The notes: generated from the letters alone by a model not told the origin. Numbered from the stretch's first letter, positions 11,020-24,608 are shown. The stretch is DNA of 64,000 nucleotides from Anolis carolinensis (GCF_035594765.1 NW_026943824.1:248001-312000), one strand, 5' to 3'. Translations and numbers: made by a program.

Positions 11020-11800
11020 CTATATTATTATTATTATTATTTTCTATTTTATTCTTTTGTATTATTATATTAATAGTATTTTCTATTATTTCAATATTAT
11101 TTCATGTTTATTATTTTATATTTTTGTTCTTGTGTATTATTATATTAATAGTATTTTCTATTATTTCAATATTATTATTTCTATTTTAATATTATTATGG
11201 TATGTTTATTATATTTTATTCTTTTGTATTTTTATATTAATATTATTTTCTATTACTTCAATATTATTATTTCTATTTTAATATTATTATTGTATGTTTA
11301 TTATATTTTATTCTTCTGTATTATTATATTAATATTATTTACCATTATTTCAATATTATTATTTCTATTTTAATATTATTATTGTATGTTTATTATATTT
11401 TATTCTTTTGTATTATTATATTAATATTATTTTCCATTATTTCAATATTATTATTTCTATTTTAATATTATTATTGTATGTTTATTATTTTATATTTTAT
11501 TCTTGTGTATTATATTAATATTATTTTCTGTTATTTCAATATTATTATTATTTCATGTTTATTATTTTATATTTTTTGTTCTTTTGTATTATATTAATAT
11601 TATTTTCTATTATTTCAATATTATTATTATTTTATGTTTATTTTATATTTTTGTTCTTGTGTATTATATTAATATTATTTTCTATTATTTCAATATTATT
11701 ATTTTATGTTTATTTTATATTTTTGTTCTTGTGTATTATTATATTAATATTACTTTATATTATTTTGCTATTATTCTTCTCATTATTTTATGTTATATTA
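11020..11800. repeat. AT-rich low-complexity tandem repeat in NATD1 intron 1
   Basis: Repeated attttctattatttcaatattattatt...ttcttgtgtattat units. Confidence 0.8.
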
Positions 11801-11802
11801 TT

Positions 11803-12092
11803 AGTGTCTCGCTTATCCAAGCTAAACGGGCCAGCAGAAGATTGGATAAGCGAATATCTTGGATTTAAATCAAATTGGGTTATGATTTTACAAATTAAGA
11901 ACCAAAACTTCATGTTATACAACAAATTTGACAGAAAAAGTAGTTCAATACGCAGTAATGCTATGTAGTAATTACTGTATTTACGAATTTAGCACCAAAA
12001 TATCACGATATATTGAAAACATTGACTACAAAAATGGCTTGGATAATCCAGAAGCTTGGATAAGCGAGGCTTGGATAAGTGAGACTCCACTG
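11803..12092. mobile_element. Tc1/mariner-type (pogo/Tigger-like) MITE, degenerate copy
   Basis: gtctcgcttatccaa ... ttggataagtgagactccactg|TA. Confidence 0.7.
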
Positions 12093-12825
12093 TATTCTTC
12101 TCATTATTTTATGTTATATTATTGTTATGTTATTAAATTATTATTAGTACTATTCTGTTATATTTTATCCTTGTGTATTATAATATTAATGTTCTTTTAT
12201 ATTATTTTAATATTATTCTTCTCATTATTCTATGTTCTATTATTATGCTGTATTCTTTATTTATTTATTTTTATTTATTTTACAACACCCCAAAGAGGAC
12301 TCAGAGTGGCTTACAAGTTATATGTGCATACAATATATTATTACCTTAGCATTATATATCACCATATTGTACTATACCACTATACTGCAATATTATTAGT
12401 CGTATTACATGTAATATATAATTATTGTATTATTATTAGTATTATATTGTATTGCAATATTATGATCAATATTATATGTGCATACAATATATTATTAGCA
12501 CGTCACAATATTAGCATTATATATTACCATATTGTACTATACCACTATACTGCAATATTATTATATTGTATTATTATCAATATATGGCTCAAAGGGAGAT
12601 GCGTTCGGACAGGTAAGCCAACTCGATTGAAACACAATTAATTAAAAGCATAGTACAATGCACAAGGTAGAGCCTTTGGGCCTTCAATTTTGAACTGTTT
12701 TCCAATGACCCTGAGTAGACATGCTTCCATTTGTTAACACCTTTCTGAAAACATCTATGTTATCGGGTGCTTTAAAGGATACATTGGAATACTCTATACA
12801 TCCATTCTATACATCAAATCCCCTG

Positions 12826-13090
12826 TTTTGCAAAAAATTCCAAAACAAAATCCCACATTTTTTTTGCAAAAATTCCAAAACAAAATCCCACATATTTTTT
12901 TGCAAAAATTCCAAAATAAAACCTCCCACATTTTTTTTTGCAAAAATTCCAAAACAAAATCCCACATTATTTTGCAAAAATTCCAAAACAAAATCCCACA
13001 ATTTTTTTTGCAAAAATTCCAAAATAAAACCTTCCACATTTTTTTGCAAAAATTCCAAAACAATACTCCACATTATTTTTTGCAAAAGCA
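12826..13090 (+). repeat. ~36-bp minisatellite (ttttgcaaaaattccaaaacaaaatcccaca)
   Basis: About 7 tandem copies visible. Confidence 0.9.
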
Positions 13091-13625
13091 ATAGAGCAAA
13101 GAAGATGGAAGCAGGGCGAGGAGCCAAATCCCAAACTTGGTACAATTTGCAAAACAAAAACTAACAAATCCCAGAAACTAAAGAATAGGGGGATACAGCC
13201 TTCCGGGAGCCGGAGGTGGCTACAGAAATCCCCAATTTTGCACAATGGCAAGTGCCTTTATCCAAGGCAATTCTCCTGTTGTGGCGCGTTTGCCGGCTTC
13301 TCCTTTGGCCACTTTGCAAACCGGGCTCTGCTTTCCTTTAAGCCTCGGCCCCGGCTGTGTTGGTTGGTTACTCCCCGGTTGGTAGGGGAACACCTGTCCA
13401 GCCCAGGGCTATTTTTAAATAAACTGGTGGAGGTTGACGCCCCAGGATTCCCGTCCAGTTTTTCTTCCGTTTCTCGGTTGCCACCTTTCTCCCATATTAT
13501 TTGAGTAATGTGCAGGCCTTCCCCAAGTTAACAAATAATCCAACTTGAAAACGACTCCTAGTTCAGAACGGGGCTGGACTAGATGGCCTTTGGGGATCCC
13601 TCCCAAATCTGTGCTACTAGACCTA

Positions 13626-14088
13626 TCTATCTTCTATATATATAAAAGAGTGATGGCATCACGGCGACCCACAAAACAACAAAACTACAGGCCCCCCAAC
13701 CTTGAAATTTGACAACACAACCCATCATCCACGCCTCTAGGTTGATACATCAAAAAGAAAATAAAAATAAAGTCCTAATTAGAGAGAGAGGAATAATTGC
13801 TTTTATCCAATTGCTGCCAGTTAGAAGGCTAAGCTCCTCCAACTTGGTCTCCTAGCAACCCAATAAAAAATAATTAAAAACAATAAAAAAATTAATACAA
13901 TAAAATACTATAATAACAGAAAATAACTAAAAATAATACAAGAAAATAATAAAATATAATAAATAAAAATATAACTTACAATAAAATTAATAAAAAAATG
14001 CAAATAAAGTCAAATAAAAATTACACAACAATTTTTAACCAATACCACCACCACTTTGCCACAGCAACGCGTGGCCGGGCACAGCTAG
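13626..14088 (+). mobile_element. Non-autonomous Helitron
   Basis: 5' A|TC...tctatatatataaaa; subterminal hairpin gccac-agcaacgc-gtggc (14058-14075); 3' CTAG|T at 14085-14089; no TSD. Confidence 0.75.
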
Positions 14089-14247
14089 TATACCTATATT
14101 CCTTGTTCAGAATGGGGCTGAAGCAACAGAAAGCGAGAGGTATCTTATATCATGTATTTGTAGTATTATGGTATTATATTGTTATATTGCATTATTATTC
14201 GGCTTGGGAGTGACGTTTCTTGCTTCTTCCCTCCGCCTCCCTCCCAG

Positions 14248-14366
14248 GCTGCCACGACAAAGCGGTCCTCTTGTACGAATACGTGGGGAAGAGGATCGTG
14301 GACTTGCAGCACACGGAGGTCCCCGATGCCTACCGCGGGAGAGGAATCGCCAAGCACCTGGCAAAG
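14248..14366 (+). CDS. NATD1: NATD1 exon 2 of 3
   Basis: cag|GC TGC CAC...: [39 protein letters not shown] (GNAT acetyl-CoA motif RGRGIA); donor gtac; 119 nt. Confidence 0.93.
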
Positions 14367-14768
14367 GTACGAGCTTCCCAATGGATCGTCAGAGGCTGTC
14401 ATGGCCGGGATCTCTGGGTTGCTGTGGGGTTTTCGGGCTGTACGGGCATGCTCCGGGAACCTTCTCTCCTGACGTTTGGCCTGCATCTGTGGCATCTTGG
14501 TTGCTTCTGTTAGAGGGGAGGCAAGTGTGACTGTTGCAGTTCGCAATCTGGAATAGCATTGAGTGGCTATGAAGCTGCAAAGTCAATCAGTGAGGGTCTC
14601 TGCATAGAGGTAGCAGGTGGAATGTGTGTATTTACACAACACACACTGTATATACTTGACTATAAGCCTAGTTTTTTAGCCTTTTTTAGGGCTGAAAAAG
14701 CTCCCCTCGGCTTACACTCGAGTGAGGGTCCTGGCCGGCTTATATTCAGGACGGCTTATACTCAAGTA

Positions 14769-15043
14769 CAGTAGAGTCTCACTTATCCAACATAAACGGG
14801 CCGGCAGAATGTTGGCTAAGCGAATATGTTGGATAATAAGGAGAGATTAAGAAAAAAGCCTATTAAACATCAAAATAGGTTATGATTTTACAAATTAAGC
14901 ACCAAAACATCATGTTAGACAACAAATTTGAGAGAAAAAGTAGTTCAATACGCAGTAATGTTATGTTGCAATTACTGTATTTACGTGTGTTGGATAATCC
15001 AAAACGTTGGATAAGCGAGTGTTGGATAAGTGAGACTCTACTG
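14769..15043. mobile_element. pogo/Tigger-like MITE
   Basis: TIR cagtagagtctcacttatccaac at both ends, TA TSD. Confidence 0.85.
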
Positions 15044-15175
15044 TATATAGATAATCAGAGTTGGACAGTCTTACCTTATTAAAGTCTTATTATTATTATC
15101 TTAAATTACAGTTTTATATAAATATTCAAAAACATTCAAACCCCCAATGTCTCAAAAAATGTCATTTTATTAATA

Positions 15176-15498
15176 CAGTAGAGTCTCACTTATCCAACAT
15201 AAAAGGGCCGGCAGAAGCTTGGATAAGCGAATATCTTGGATAATAAGGAGGGAGTAAGGAAAAGCCTATTAAACATGAAATTAGGTTGTGATTTTACCAA
15301 TTAAGCACCAAAACATCATGTTATACAACAAATTTGACAGAAAAAGTAGTTCAATACGCAGTAATGTTATGTTGTAATTACTGTATTTATGAATTTAGCA
15401 CCAAAATATCACAATATATTGAAAACATTGACTACAAAAATGGCTTGGATAATCCAGAAGCTTGGATAAGCGAGGCTTGGATAAGTGAGACTCTACTG
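15176..15498. mobile_element. pogo/Tigger-like MITE
   Basis: TIR cagtagagtctcacttatccaa at both ends, TA TSD. Confidence 0.85.
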
Positions 15499-15993
15499 TA
15501 TCTATTTTTATTTTTGAAATTTACCAGTAGCTGCTGCATTTCCCACTCTCATCTTATACTGGAATCAATAAGTTTTCCCAATTTTTGTGGTAAAATTAGG
15601 TGCCTCGGCTTATATTTGGGTCGGCCTATACTTGAGTATATATATACAGGTGTGTGTGTGTATACGTACAGCACGTTAATGTTGGCCTGATACCTTCTTA
15701 CTTAGGGTCTTTTCCCATCCCAAATCAACCTCCGATTAATTTGTAGCACTTTATCTGTTGAGTTTACAACTTATAACAAAGTGCACTTTAGCTAGTCTAT
15801 TACTCAACTTTGTTGTTTTTAATTCCATGTTTATTAAGTGTGTTTTATTTTCATAGGTTAGTGTTTAAATTTTTATAATTTGGTGTATGTTTTTGTTTAC
15901 TGATGTATTATTTATTGTCACTGTTTTCATCTAATATTATCTGTGTGCCGCCCTGAGTCCCCTTTGGGGGAGATGGAGGCGGAGTATAAATAA

Positions 15994-16043
<50 letters not shown>

Positions 16044-16118
16044 TAGGATCTTAGGTCTCGGTTGCATTGACGTACAGGACATTAACGTCGGTCTGATACC
16101 TTCTGTCTTGTTTTCCAG

Positions 16119-16235
16119 GCAGCCTTGGATTTTGTGGTGGAAGAGGACTTGAAGGCCCACCTGACCTGCTGGTACATCCAGAAATACGTGAAGGAGAACC
16201 CGCTGCCGCAGTATCTGGAACGTTTGCAGTCTTAA
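16119..16235 (+). CDS. NATD1: NATD1 exon 3 of 3 (total 114 aa)
   Basis: ttccag|[38 protein letters not shown]; 109+119+117=345 nt in frame. Confidence 0.93.
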   Translation, partial: AALDFVVEEDLKAHLTCWYIQKYVKENPLPQYLERLQS

Positions 16236-16673
16236 TGCGGCCGCGGAGGGGTCGGCGCAGCTCCGGGAGATCCCGAAGGACAGTAACAATCGGCCTTTTG
16301 CCGCTTCTCGGGACGCCGGTTGCAACGTCCGCACTCAAAAGTTCTTATTTTTGTAACAACGAAGGCGCGGCTCCTCCTCGATTCTTCCACCTGGTTCTCG
16401 CAATAGTTTGGCTGGGATCTGTTGTTTACACTCTGGGCTTCTCTTCGAAAGGAGCGGTCGATCCAATGCCAAGACCGGATCTTCTTTTCCTGGGTTCGCC
16501 GATGCCGCTGTGACAACGTTGCTCCTTTCCGTTCTTCAGGAAGGACACTCTTTGCAACTCGGAGTGTTTCTTTGCAACTCAGCCAAGTCGGGCAAACTGG
16601 ACGATGAGAGCTCCCAACGTAGGACGAGGAGACGGTCTTGTGCGCGCCCGGACACATTTTGGGGAGAGTAAGA

Positions 16674-16733
16674 AATAAAACTCACACTCTTTGGAGGAGA
16701 AGGAAGGGGCTTTTTGGTGCTAAACGCAATAAA
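16674..16733 (+). terminator. Candidate proximal NATD1 polyadenylation signals (a distal one lies at 18299-18304)
   Basis: AATAAA at 16674-16679 and 16728-16733. Confidence 0.4.
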
Positions 16734-16920
16734 CACTTGACTTTAAGGGCCAGGAGGGTTGTGGACGTTGTGGACACTGCCTTGCGTCCTTCCAAGCCAT
16801 CGCGGGGAAATGGGGCGGCTTCTGGGGTTTGGAAAGGAGGGAGCCGGAGAAGGAAGGGGCCGGTTGGCACCTGCTTTCCCATTCGTTTGGTGGGATTTCT
16901 GTCCCTAATCTGTCCTGAGT

Positions 16921-17128
16921 AGAGGGAGGGAGGGAAGGGAATGGAGAGAAGAAGGAAGGAAGGAAGGAAGGGAAAGAGGGAGGGAAGTCAGGAGGAAGGA
17001 AGGAAGGAAGGAAAGAAAGAAAGACAGAAAGAAAGGACAAGGAAGGAAAGAAGAGGAAGGAATGGAAAGAAGGAAAGGGAGGAAAGAAAGACTGAAAGAA
17101 GAAAAGGAAAGAAGGAAACAAAGGAAAG
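16921..17128 (+). repeat. Polypurine (GAAG/GAAA) low-complexity tract
   Basis: Directly visible. Confidence 0.85.
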
Positions 17129-18744
17129 ATTCAATTGCAGTGTGCTGAAAGCAATCTGTAAACTTTGGGTGTCTTCACAATTGCCAAACCGGTTATGATC
17201 TACGAACCACGTTTGGTTGCAAATGGTGATGGGCAGAGCGATGGCGAGTGAGCGGCAGAGGGACAGACGCCCTTCCGGGAAAACGCGAAAAGGCCAAACG
17301 GGATTTGCTCTGCTCTTTCCAGGCACGCACTCACACCACGGACGTGGCTCGGTCTTTGTCTCTCTCTGTGTTTAGAGGAAGGAAGGTTCCCGCTTGATGT
17401 TTTAAGCCTGGCACATCCGCATGGAGGGTGGTTTGGGCCTCCAAATTGTTTACATGTTGCAAGGTGAGCATCTCTTATCTGAGAGGCCCGGGAGCAGGCG
17501 TATTGGGGATTTGGGCACACCTGCCTTTGCAAAAGGAGGGTATTTGGGATTTTGGAGTATTTCAGATTTCCAGACAAGTTAAGGGATGCTCAGCCTCAAC
17601 GGCAGAGCCGGTTCCAGGTCTCTTGTTCGTTCCGCTCTTTCTCTGTCTCTCTTTGCCATAATTCTCGGCCAAGCGGGGAGACTGAAGCACATTTCTTGGC
17701 GGTCCGCACTAGAAATGGGGTTGCCATGGCAGTTGGATCATTATCCCCATTGTCGTCCTTGCGTCCTCTCCTCCGGACTCCCATCCCTGGAGAAAGAAAG
17801 GCAGGTCAAAGCAATGAGACGAAAGCAACATTTGTGTCCATGCTTCTGTTTGGTGCGCCAGAGTTGGCCCGTGCCTGCCTTAAACCAAGCTCGGCATTGC
17901 AACGGTGCTGCGGCTTTATTTTCCGAGGTGCTACGACCGTCTGACCCGACGGAGACGCTTTTTGTGGCCGCGATGCGCTCCATCCCTCCCTTTCCTCTAT
18001 GTGTCGAACCACGACACCCGCCTGTTGTGCGTTGCTTTCAGACCGTGAAGCCGGTGTAGACACCCCACCCAAACACTGCCCAGCATAGAAACCTATGAGA
18101 AGGCAACGTCTTGGCTGCGGATTTACTTGACTCTTCCTTTTTCTCGTTCAATTATAAAGTGGTAAATGATGTGCCTTTCCTACTCAGGACCTCTTTGGAA
18201 ACTACAACGACACCCTTTCTGTTGCTGTTTGTGTCTCATGTTCTCCCCCCGTTTTGTCACATTCTTAAATGAAACCCGATCCCGTTTGCATGGAATACAA
18301 TAAAAACAAGTGTGGCTATAAAATAAGTGGCACTGGCTGGTGTGGGCTAGAAAAAGGAGGTATTAGGCCTGTGTCATCAAGGATAAAAATGTTTTAATGC
18401 TCATTACGAAATTAGAAGGTGGGGAAATGGTTTCTAAAGTGGGTGGTTGTGCATTTTCTGGGCTGTGTGGCCATGTTCCAGGAGCATTCTCTCCTGACGT
18501 TTCGCCTCTTGCTCAACCATTTCTAAGTAAGTAAGTAACTTTATTTTTCTATCCCGCCACCATCTCCCGGCAGGGACTCGGGGCGGCTAACACGGGACAA
18601 AAGCCTGAAAATTCAGGACAAGTAAAACAGTTAAACATATTGCAATAAAAACACGGCAAAATCGACAATTATACAAAACAATTACCTTAAACAAAACAAT
18701 CCATAAAAACTCTGTTGACATATATAATCAGTTAAAAATAACTG

Positions 18745-18960
18745 GGTGGTGATGGCACGATCGTTAGCATAGGTGAAACTCCCTTCTCTTCTTCCTTTGT
18801 GATATTGTAAGTTTTTCTCAGGAGGAGGAAATGATTGACAGTCATAAGCTGTTGACAGGTCTAGGAAGACCGCTCCTATCTGACTGATAGATGGAGGTTG
18901 GAGAGGCTTCATACTGTGTCTGTAGGATGAAGTATTTGGACACACTCGCGCATTGCTCCC
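18745..18960 (-). mobile_element. Decayed Vingi/Ingi-like LINE RT fragment
   Basis: GAVFLDLSTAYD and SFTYANDRAITTQ (degenerate YADD); homologous to 33210-33413. Confidence 0.55.
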
Positions 18961-18989
18961 TGGGAAATGGAGTCCTGGCCTGCCTTCCC

Positions 18990-19210
18990 CCTTTGAATGG
19001 AAGCAGCGCGGGAACTACAATGCCCAAAAGGGGGAGGGAGAGGGCTCCGCCTCCCCCGCAAAGCACCCTGGGCCTTGGAGTCCGAGCCCTTCCCGCGCGC
19101 GGGCCTGCCTCCTGCCCCCGCCCCCCTCGAGGACTACATTTCCCGTCGGGCGCCGGGCGGCGTCCCCTAATTTCTCCCACACGGCGGAGGCATTTGCCAA
19201 GATGGCGGCC
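18990..19210 (+). promoter_or_regulatory. TMEM11 CpG-island promoter
   Basis: Two ACTACAnnTCCC-type motifs (gaactacaatgccc ~19012; gactacatttccc ~19132); YY1-type CAAGATGGCGGC overlapping the ATG. Confidence 0.6.
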
Positions 19211-19296
19211 TGGGGACGGAGGCGCGCGGGGCCCGGCAGCGGAGGCAGCGCAGGAGCCGCGCTCGGGGCGGGAGGCGCGCTCGCGGCCCGGGAGAG
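19202..19296 (+). CDS. TMEM11: TMEM11 (mitochondrial transmembrane protein 11) exon 1 of 2
   Basis: aagATGG Kozak; MAAWGRRRAGPGSGGSAGAALGAGGALAARE-R; donor gtgagc; 95 nt. Confidence 0.92.
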
Positions 19297-19384
19297 GTGA
19301 GCCCCGCCCGCACGGGCCCCAAAGGCCTCCGCCCGGGCCTCCTCGCGGCCTGCCGGCCTCGGCGGGGATGGAGGGACAAAGGGG

Positions 19385-19650
19385 ACGGGGCCTCGAGTGG
19401 GAGAGAAGGCCTCACGAGGGGGACGAGGCCTCAGATGAGGGAGGGATGCGGGGAAAGGCCTCAAATGGGGGACCAGGCCCCAGACAAGGCCTCAAGTGGA
19501 GGAGAAATGGGGGACTAGGCCTCAAATGGGGGACCAGGCCTCAGACAAGGCCTCAAATGGGAGAGAAATGGGGACTAGGCCTCAAATTGGGGACCAGGCC
19601 TTCATGCCTCCGCCCAGCCCTCCTAGGAAACTACAGGCCTCAACAGGGCT
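19385..19650 (+). repeat. Degenerate minisatellite (aggcctcaaatggg...) at start of TMEM11 intron 1
   Basis: About 10 recurrences of ggcctca. Confidence 0.7.
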
Positions 19651-22600
19651 GGAGGGACGAGATTGTGTTGTTAATTAAGGAGGAAACTCATTTTTGGAGA
19701 AATATATATATTGGGTTGCTGTGATTTTTTCGGACTGTACAGCCATGTTCCAGTAGCATTCTCTCCTAACGTTTCGCCAGCATCTGTGGCTAATGGCATC
19801 TTCAAAGGTGATTCCGGCTATGAAAACCTTTGACAACATATATATTCCTATAGAGTTGGAAGAGAGAGACCACCTGGACGTCTAGTCCAGCCCCAATTTG
19901 CCATGCAGGAAAAGCACAGCCAAAGCACCCCCTCAACAGATGGCCATCCAGCCTCTGTTTAAAAGCCTCTAAGGAAGGAGATAGATAGATAGATAAATTT
20001 TCAGTATTATAAGCAGTTAAAGGTGTATTTATATATATCATACATATATACATACATATCTTTCGGGAGGGCAAAAGAATAAGGGGTGGGGTGCCCCATG
20101 GAGAATGTTTGTGGGGAGGTGTTTAGGGTTGTATATTTAACAGGGTACACATTTCGGGAAAACACACACATACACACATATACATACTATAATTCCCGTT
20201 AATATTTGGGAGAGGGAGAGACTATCTGTGGGGAGATGCCTTGAGGCTTGTATTTAATTTTAGAAAAGAAGTGTGTGTGCATATTATAATTCCAGAATTG
20301 TAAGCAAGTAAAGGTGTGTGTGTGTGTGGTAGGGCCGCTCTTTGGATAATATCTCTGGGGAGGTGCTTAGAGGTGTTTAATTTAATGGTGTATACATTTG
20401 GGGGGGAATAATTGCTGTGTATCTGTCTGAGAGAGAGAGAGAGATCTGTCTAATACAGAATTATAGGCAGTTGAAGATTTATATCTTTCTGGGACCCCTT
20501 AAATATATTATATGTTTATTATATAAATATAAATGAATGGAAGAGTTCAAAGGGGAATAAGCAGTAAGCCACCTCTTGAAGAATGTGTGTGGGGAAGTGT
20601 TTGAAGGAGTGAAAGGCTGTTGAAGTCAGACCCATGGGGTGAGGGAGAGTGAGGTTCCATGTTGGTATAAATCTATATATATATAGAATAGCTGAAAGTT
20701 ATGGGAGAGGAGAGAAGTAGCAGGCATTTGGTGTCATCCCACACATGGGTTAGGGAGGAGTTTAGCAAAGACCTTGAGGCTGAAGGACTTGGGGGTGTGA
20801 TTTTGTTTTAAAGGGCTGGGAATGAAGATTCAAGGTAGAAGGGATGAAAGTGGGATGAGGAAGGGAATGAAGATCGGAACTGGTGCAAGGAAGGCTTGTG
20901 GTTGTAAGGTACTTGGTGGAGGGCTCTGGGGAGGGGGGAATGAGAGACCAGCTTTGGGTTTTTGCAGCCATTAATTGATTTTCCTGAAGCCATCAGCGCG
21001 TGAAGTTTGTGCCTGCGTTGGGTGCAGGGCAGAGTCCGGAGTCTGCTCGCATCGCACAAGAGAGAGAAAACAAAACCGTGAGGACTTGATTGTCTGTTGA
21101 TGTCTCTGCTGTTGGGATAGGAAGGGCACCCGTCCTGAGCAAAGGAAGGTCATTCTCTAGAGTGAACCTTGACTGAAAGCAGACATGGGCAAACTTCGGC
21201 CCTCCCTCCAGGTGTTTTGGACTTCAACTTCCACAATTCCTAACAGCCGGTAGAGAAGGAAGCTTTCACACTTCCCAGATGTTAGGTCTAGAGTTGCAGA
21301 GCTGCCTCTCTGGAGTCTATAAAAATGCCCTTGGGTGTGCTTAACATCTATTTTTGAGAGCTGCGAATGTTCCCCCCAAAGACCTTGTTCTGCCAATGGC
21401 CTCTTGGTGCACAGTTGTTAGCGCTGGCTGAGTGACTTGTGTTTTTAGGGCGTTGATGCATTGTTCTGAATTTGGAAGGTATGGGCAGAGAGCTGGTACT
21501 GGATTAATCTGACGCCTGTTGGCTTTGGCCGTTTCCCTCCTTCCCTCATTCTGTGTCACTTGGCTTTTGTAAGAGAATGGGATGAAGTGAAACGATTCCT
21601 GCCTTTGGAGTTCTTTTGGGATATCAACTTAAGTTTGTTACAATTTAGAGAGTTTAAGTTTTTCAGTTTGATTACTTCTGACTTCTGCAAGATTAATACT
21701 GTAGGTACAAGGCAAACATGTTGGGCAGGCCTCGTAATGGTTAAAGCTGTTTTTATTCGTCCCTGAGCTTGCAGCCTTTCCATTATGAGCGAAATTCTGC
21801 TATGCCTGATCACATTCTTCACTCTATTGTTTCCCCTTCTCTGTCCTCTTTCTCTTTTAGCCTGGCTTTGCATTGAGGGCTGATATTGATGGGCTGACAA
21901 TGGGCAAATGCATGGATAGATGCTGGGGTGTGTGTGTGTGCTTGCTGCTCTCTGGTCTGATCTCCACTTCCACATTTACTGTTTCAGCACCAAACTGTCC
22001 CAGACATTTATCTCAAATCACCTACAAATTTGGGCAAACTGAATTATTTTGCTATAGACCGGCCCAGTTTTATTGTGTTTTAGCGTATTGTTTATTGCTT
22101 GTTGTTTATACTGTTTTAATTGTTTTTAATTTGCCTTTTGTTTTGTATTGTTATATTGTGTGTTGAGGCCTTGGCCTTTGTAAGCCGCATCGAGTCCTTC
22201 GGGAGATGCTAGCGGGGTACAAATAAAGTTTAATAATAATAATAATAATAATAGTTAAACGTTTTATATGGAGGACTGCAACAGCATTTGAGCCTAGACT
22301 ATTCAGTTGGAAGTTGCATCCAACTGTCCAACTCCATTTGTGTCAGGTAGCATAAACCTATAATGTTTGGTTACAGCTTCGTCTCAAGACGAAGTGATTC
22401 AAGTCTTTTGTGCTGTGAGCTGTTGGAATGTGTCTGCATGCCAGAGCTCAGGGAATTCCTCTGATAGGCTGTTGAATGATAGCAGTGAGGTCCCAGAAAT
22501 AAGAGCTCATGCCCTTCTAAGAAGCAGCAGCAGAAGGGTCTGTATAGCCTTGGTTTGCAGTTTAAGGAATGCTTCCTTTTAACAATGGATTCACACAACT

Positions 22601-24091
22601 ATGACTGCAGTCACTGTATTTGTGTGATAATGTGTGTGTGCATGTGCCTAATTTGCATTTGCAGTTGTGTATCTGCTGAGAGCTATCATGATTTGAGCAT
22701 TGGACTGTGATGCTGGAGACCAAGGTTCAAATCCCCACTTAGCCATGGAAACACACTGGCTGATCTTGGGCAAGACTGATGAGAGGCCTGGCCGGGGTGT
22801 CTGTGTGTTTTTGCTGCAGCACTAATGTTCACATTGTCTCTCCCCATGTCACTGATGCAAGCATTATTCCAGACGGTTGTTGAACAAACTCTGCACACAC
22901 AAAGCTTCCTTTTGTTTGTGGTGAGGGGCTCTGGAAAATGAATGTGTAGCATACACAGCTGCTCCAAAGCTTTGTTCCATCCTGTCACAAACAAAGGTGT
23001 CCTTTGGCTATTTGGTATCCCTCAGGATCTGGAAAAAGCTTTCCCCTAACATGGTGACTGTAAAATGTGCTAAGCTGATTATCAGCATTGTGTCCCAAGT
23101 CCAATGCTGGCAGAGTGCGCCCCTCATTTTTGTGGCAACAAGAGGAATTTTGAAACCCTACGTTTAAGCATTTGTTCCTAGCGATTTGTTCGACAAAAGA
23201 CCCCTCTTTTGCTCTTCAGACTTGAGACTCCTTAAACCAAAGAGACAGACTTTTCCTAGTTCTCCAGAACAGAATGTGGCCCAACTTTCATAATTTTCTC
23301 ACTTGACCATATATTAATATTTCAATTGAATGTGTGTTGATTTTTCCCTCTGGTTACAGACATGATTTTCGTTCAAAATCCTAATTCTTGGATTCTCAGT
23401 TTTTCCTTCTTCCTTACTATCTGTGTGCTTGGGAGCCATTTTCTAAACACTGGCTCATTTTTACTCACATAAAATGAACATATACAAATTCCATTCAGTA
23501 TTTATTTTTTGGTTTGACCCACAAGACGGCTTATAATTATAACTTGTCTGTTAAAATAAACAGAATAAGTTTTCAAAAGCATGGCATGTAGAGTTGGGTG
23601 GAAGGAATGCTGGAGTGCTGGAGAAAATATCTTGTCCTTCATACTGCTTTTTCTTCTATAGGTTATTTAAGCACAGATTCAAGAAAGATTCATTATGAAA
23701 ATAGGAAAGCACACTTGCAGTTGCACAGAGGGAATGCTTTGAAATAAGAAATAAAATAATAATACCAACAACAACAACAATAATTTGGCTCTAGCATCGT
23801 AGGCATGGACTTCTGTGCAAATTGGGCATCAGCTGCAGAGGTTCCTAGTCCGTACAATTAAGAAAGGGAATATATGACCACCATCTGCTGTGAAGACTTG
23901 GCATGTTGCAGCTAGGAAGAGTTATGAAAAGCAGGCATTTTCTTAAAATAGTATTGAGCAAAAAGATTGTTGTTTTAGTGCACAACTTGGGTGTATCAAA
24001 AAGGAGAGGCGAGGATCCTAAGCAGGCATAGGGCCGCGGAGGATGAGTTCCCAAAGCCTTGAGTAGTAACTCTCCCCTTTCGTCCCAACAG

Positions 24092-24608
24092 GGCCAGCCT
24101 CTCTGCCACAGACTGTTATATTGTCCATGAAATCTATAACGGGGAGAATGCTCAGGACCAGTTTGAATACGAGCTCGAGCAAGCCTTGGAGGCCCAGTAC
24201 AAATACATTGTGATTGAGCCGACGCGCATTGGCGACGAGACGGCCCGCTGGATCACGGTGGGGAACTGCCTGCACAAGACCTCGGTGCTGGCGGGCACGG
24301 CCTGCCTGTTCACCCCGCTGGCGCTCCCGGCCGACTACTCCCATTACATCTCGGTGCCGGCGGGCGTGCTGAGCATAGCCTGCTGCACCCTGTACGGGAT
24401 CTCCTGGCAGTTCGACCCCTGCTGCAAGTACCAAGTGGAGTACAACGCGTACAAACTCTCTCGCCTGCCGCTGCATACGCTCACCTCCTCCACTCCCGTG
24501 GTCCTGGTGAGGAAGGATGACCTGCACAGAAAGAGACTGCATAATACGATAGCACTGGCGGCCCTGGTGTACTGTGTAAAGAAGATTTATGAACTCTACG
24601 CAGTATGA
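24092..24608 (+). CDS. TMEM11: TMEM11 exon 2 of 2 (total 203 aa)
   Basis: aacag|G GCC AGC...: ASLSATDCYIVHEIYNGENAQDQFEYELEQALEAQYKYIVIEPTRIG...VKKIYELYAV*; 95+517=612 nt. Confidence 0.96.

Larger units (their letters stand above)
14646..15649. mobile_element. Tc1/mariner-type non-autonomous element hosting two nested MITEs
   Basis: TIR-like ctgtatatacttgactataagcc / ggcctatacttgagtatatatatacag. Confidence 0.6.

Noticed and set aside
10745-12641. Hydrophobic Ile/Tyr/Phe-rich ORFs resembling membrane proteins
   Set aside because: AT-rich low-complexity intronic repeats and a MITE
18891-19724. 277-aa ORF over the TMEM11 promoter
   Set aside because: GC-rich CpG island plus minisatellite read in a non-coding frame; the true TMEM11 exon 1 is in another frame
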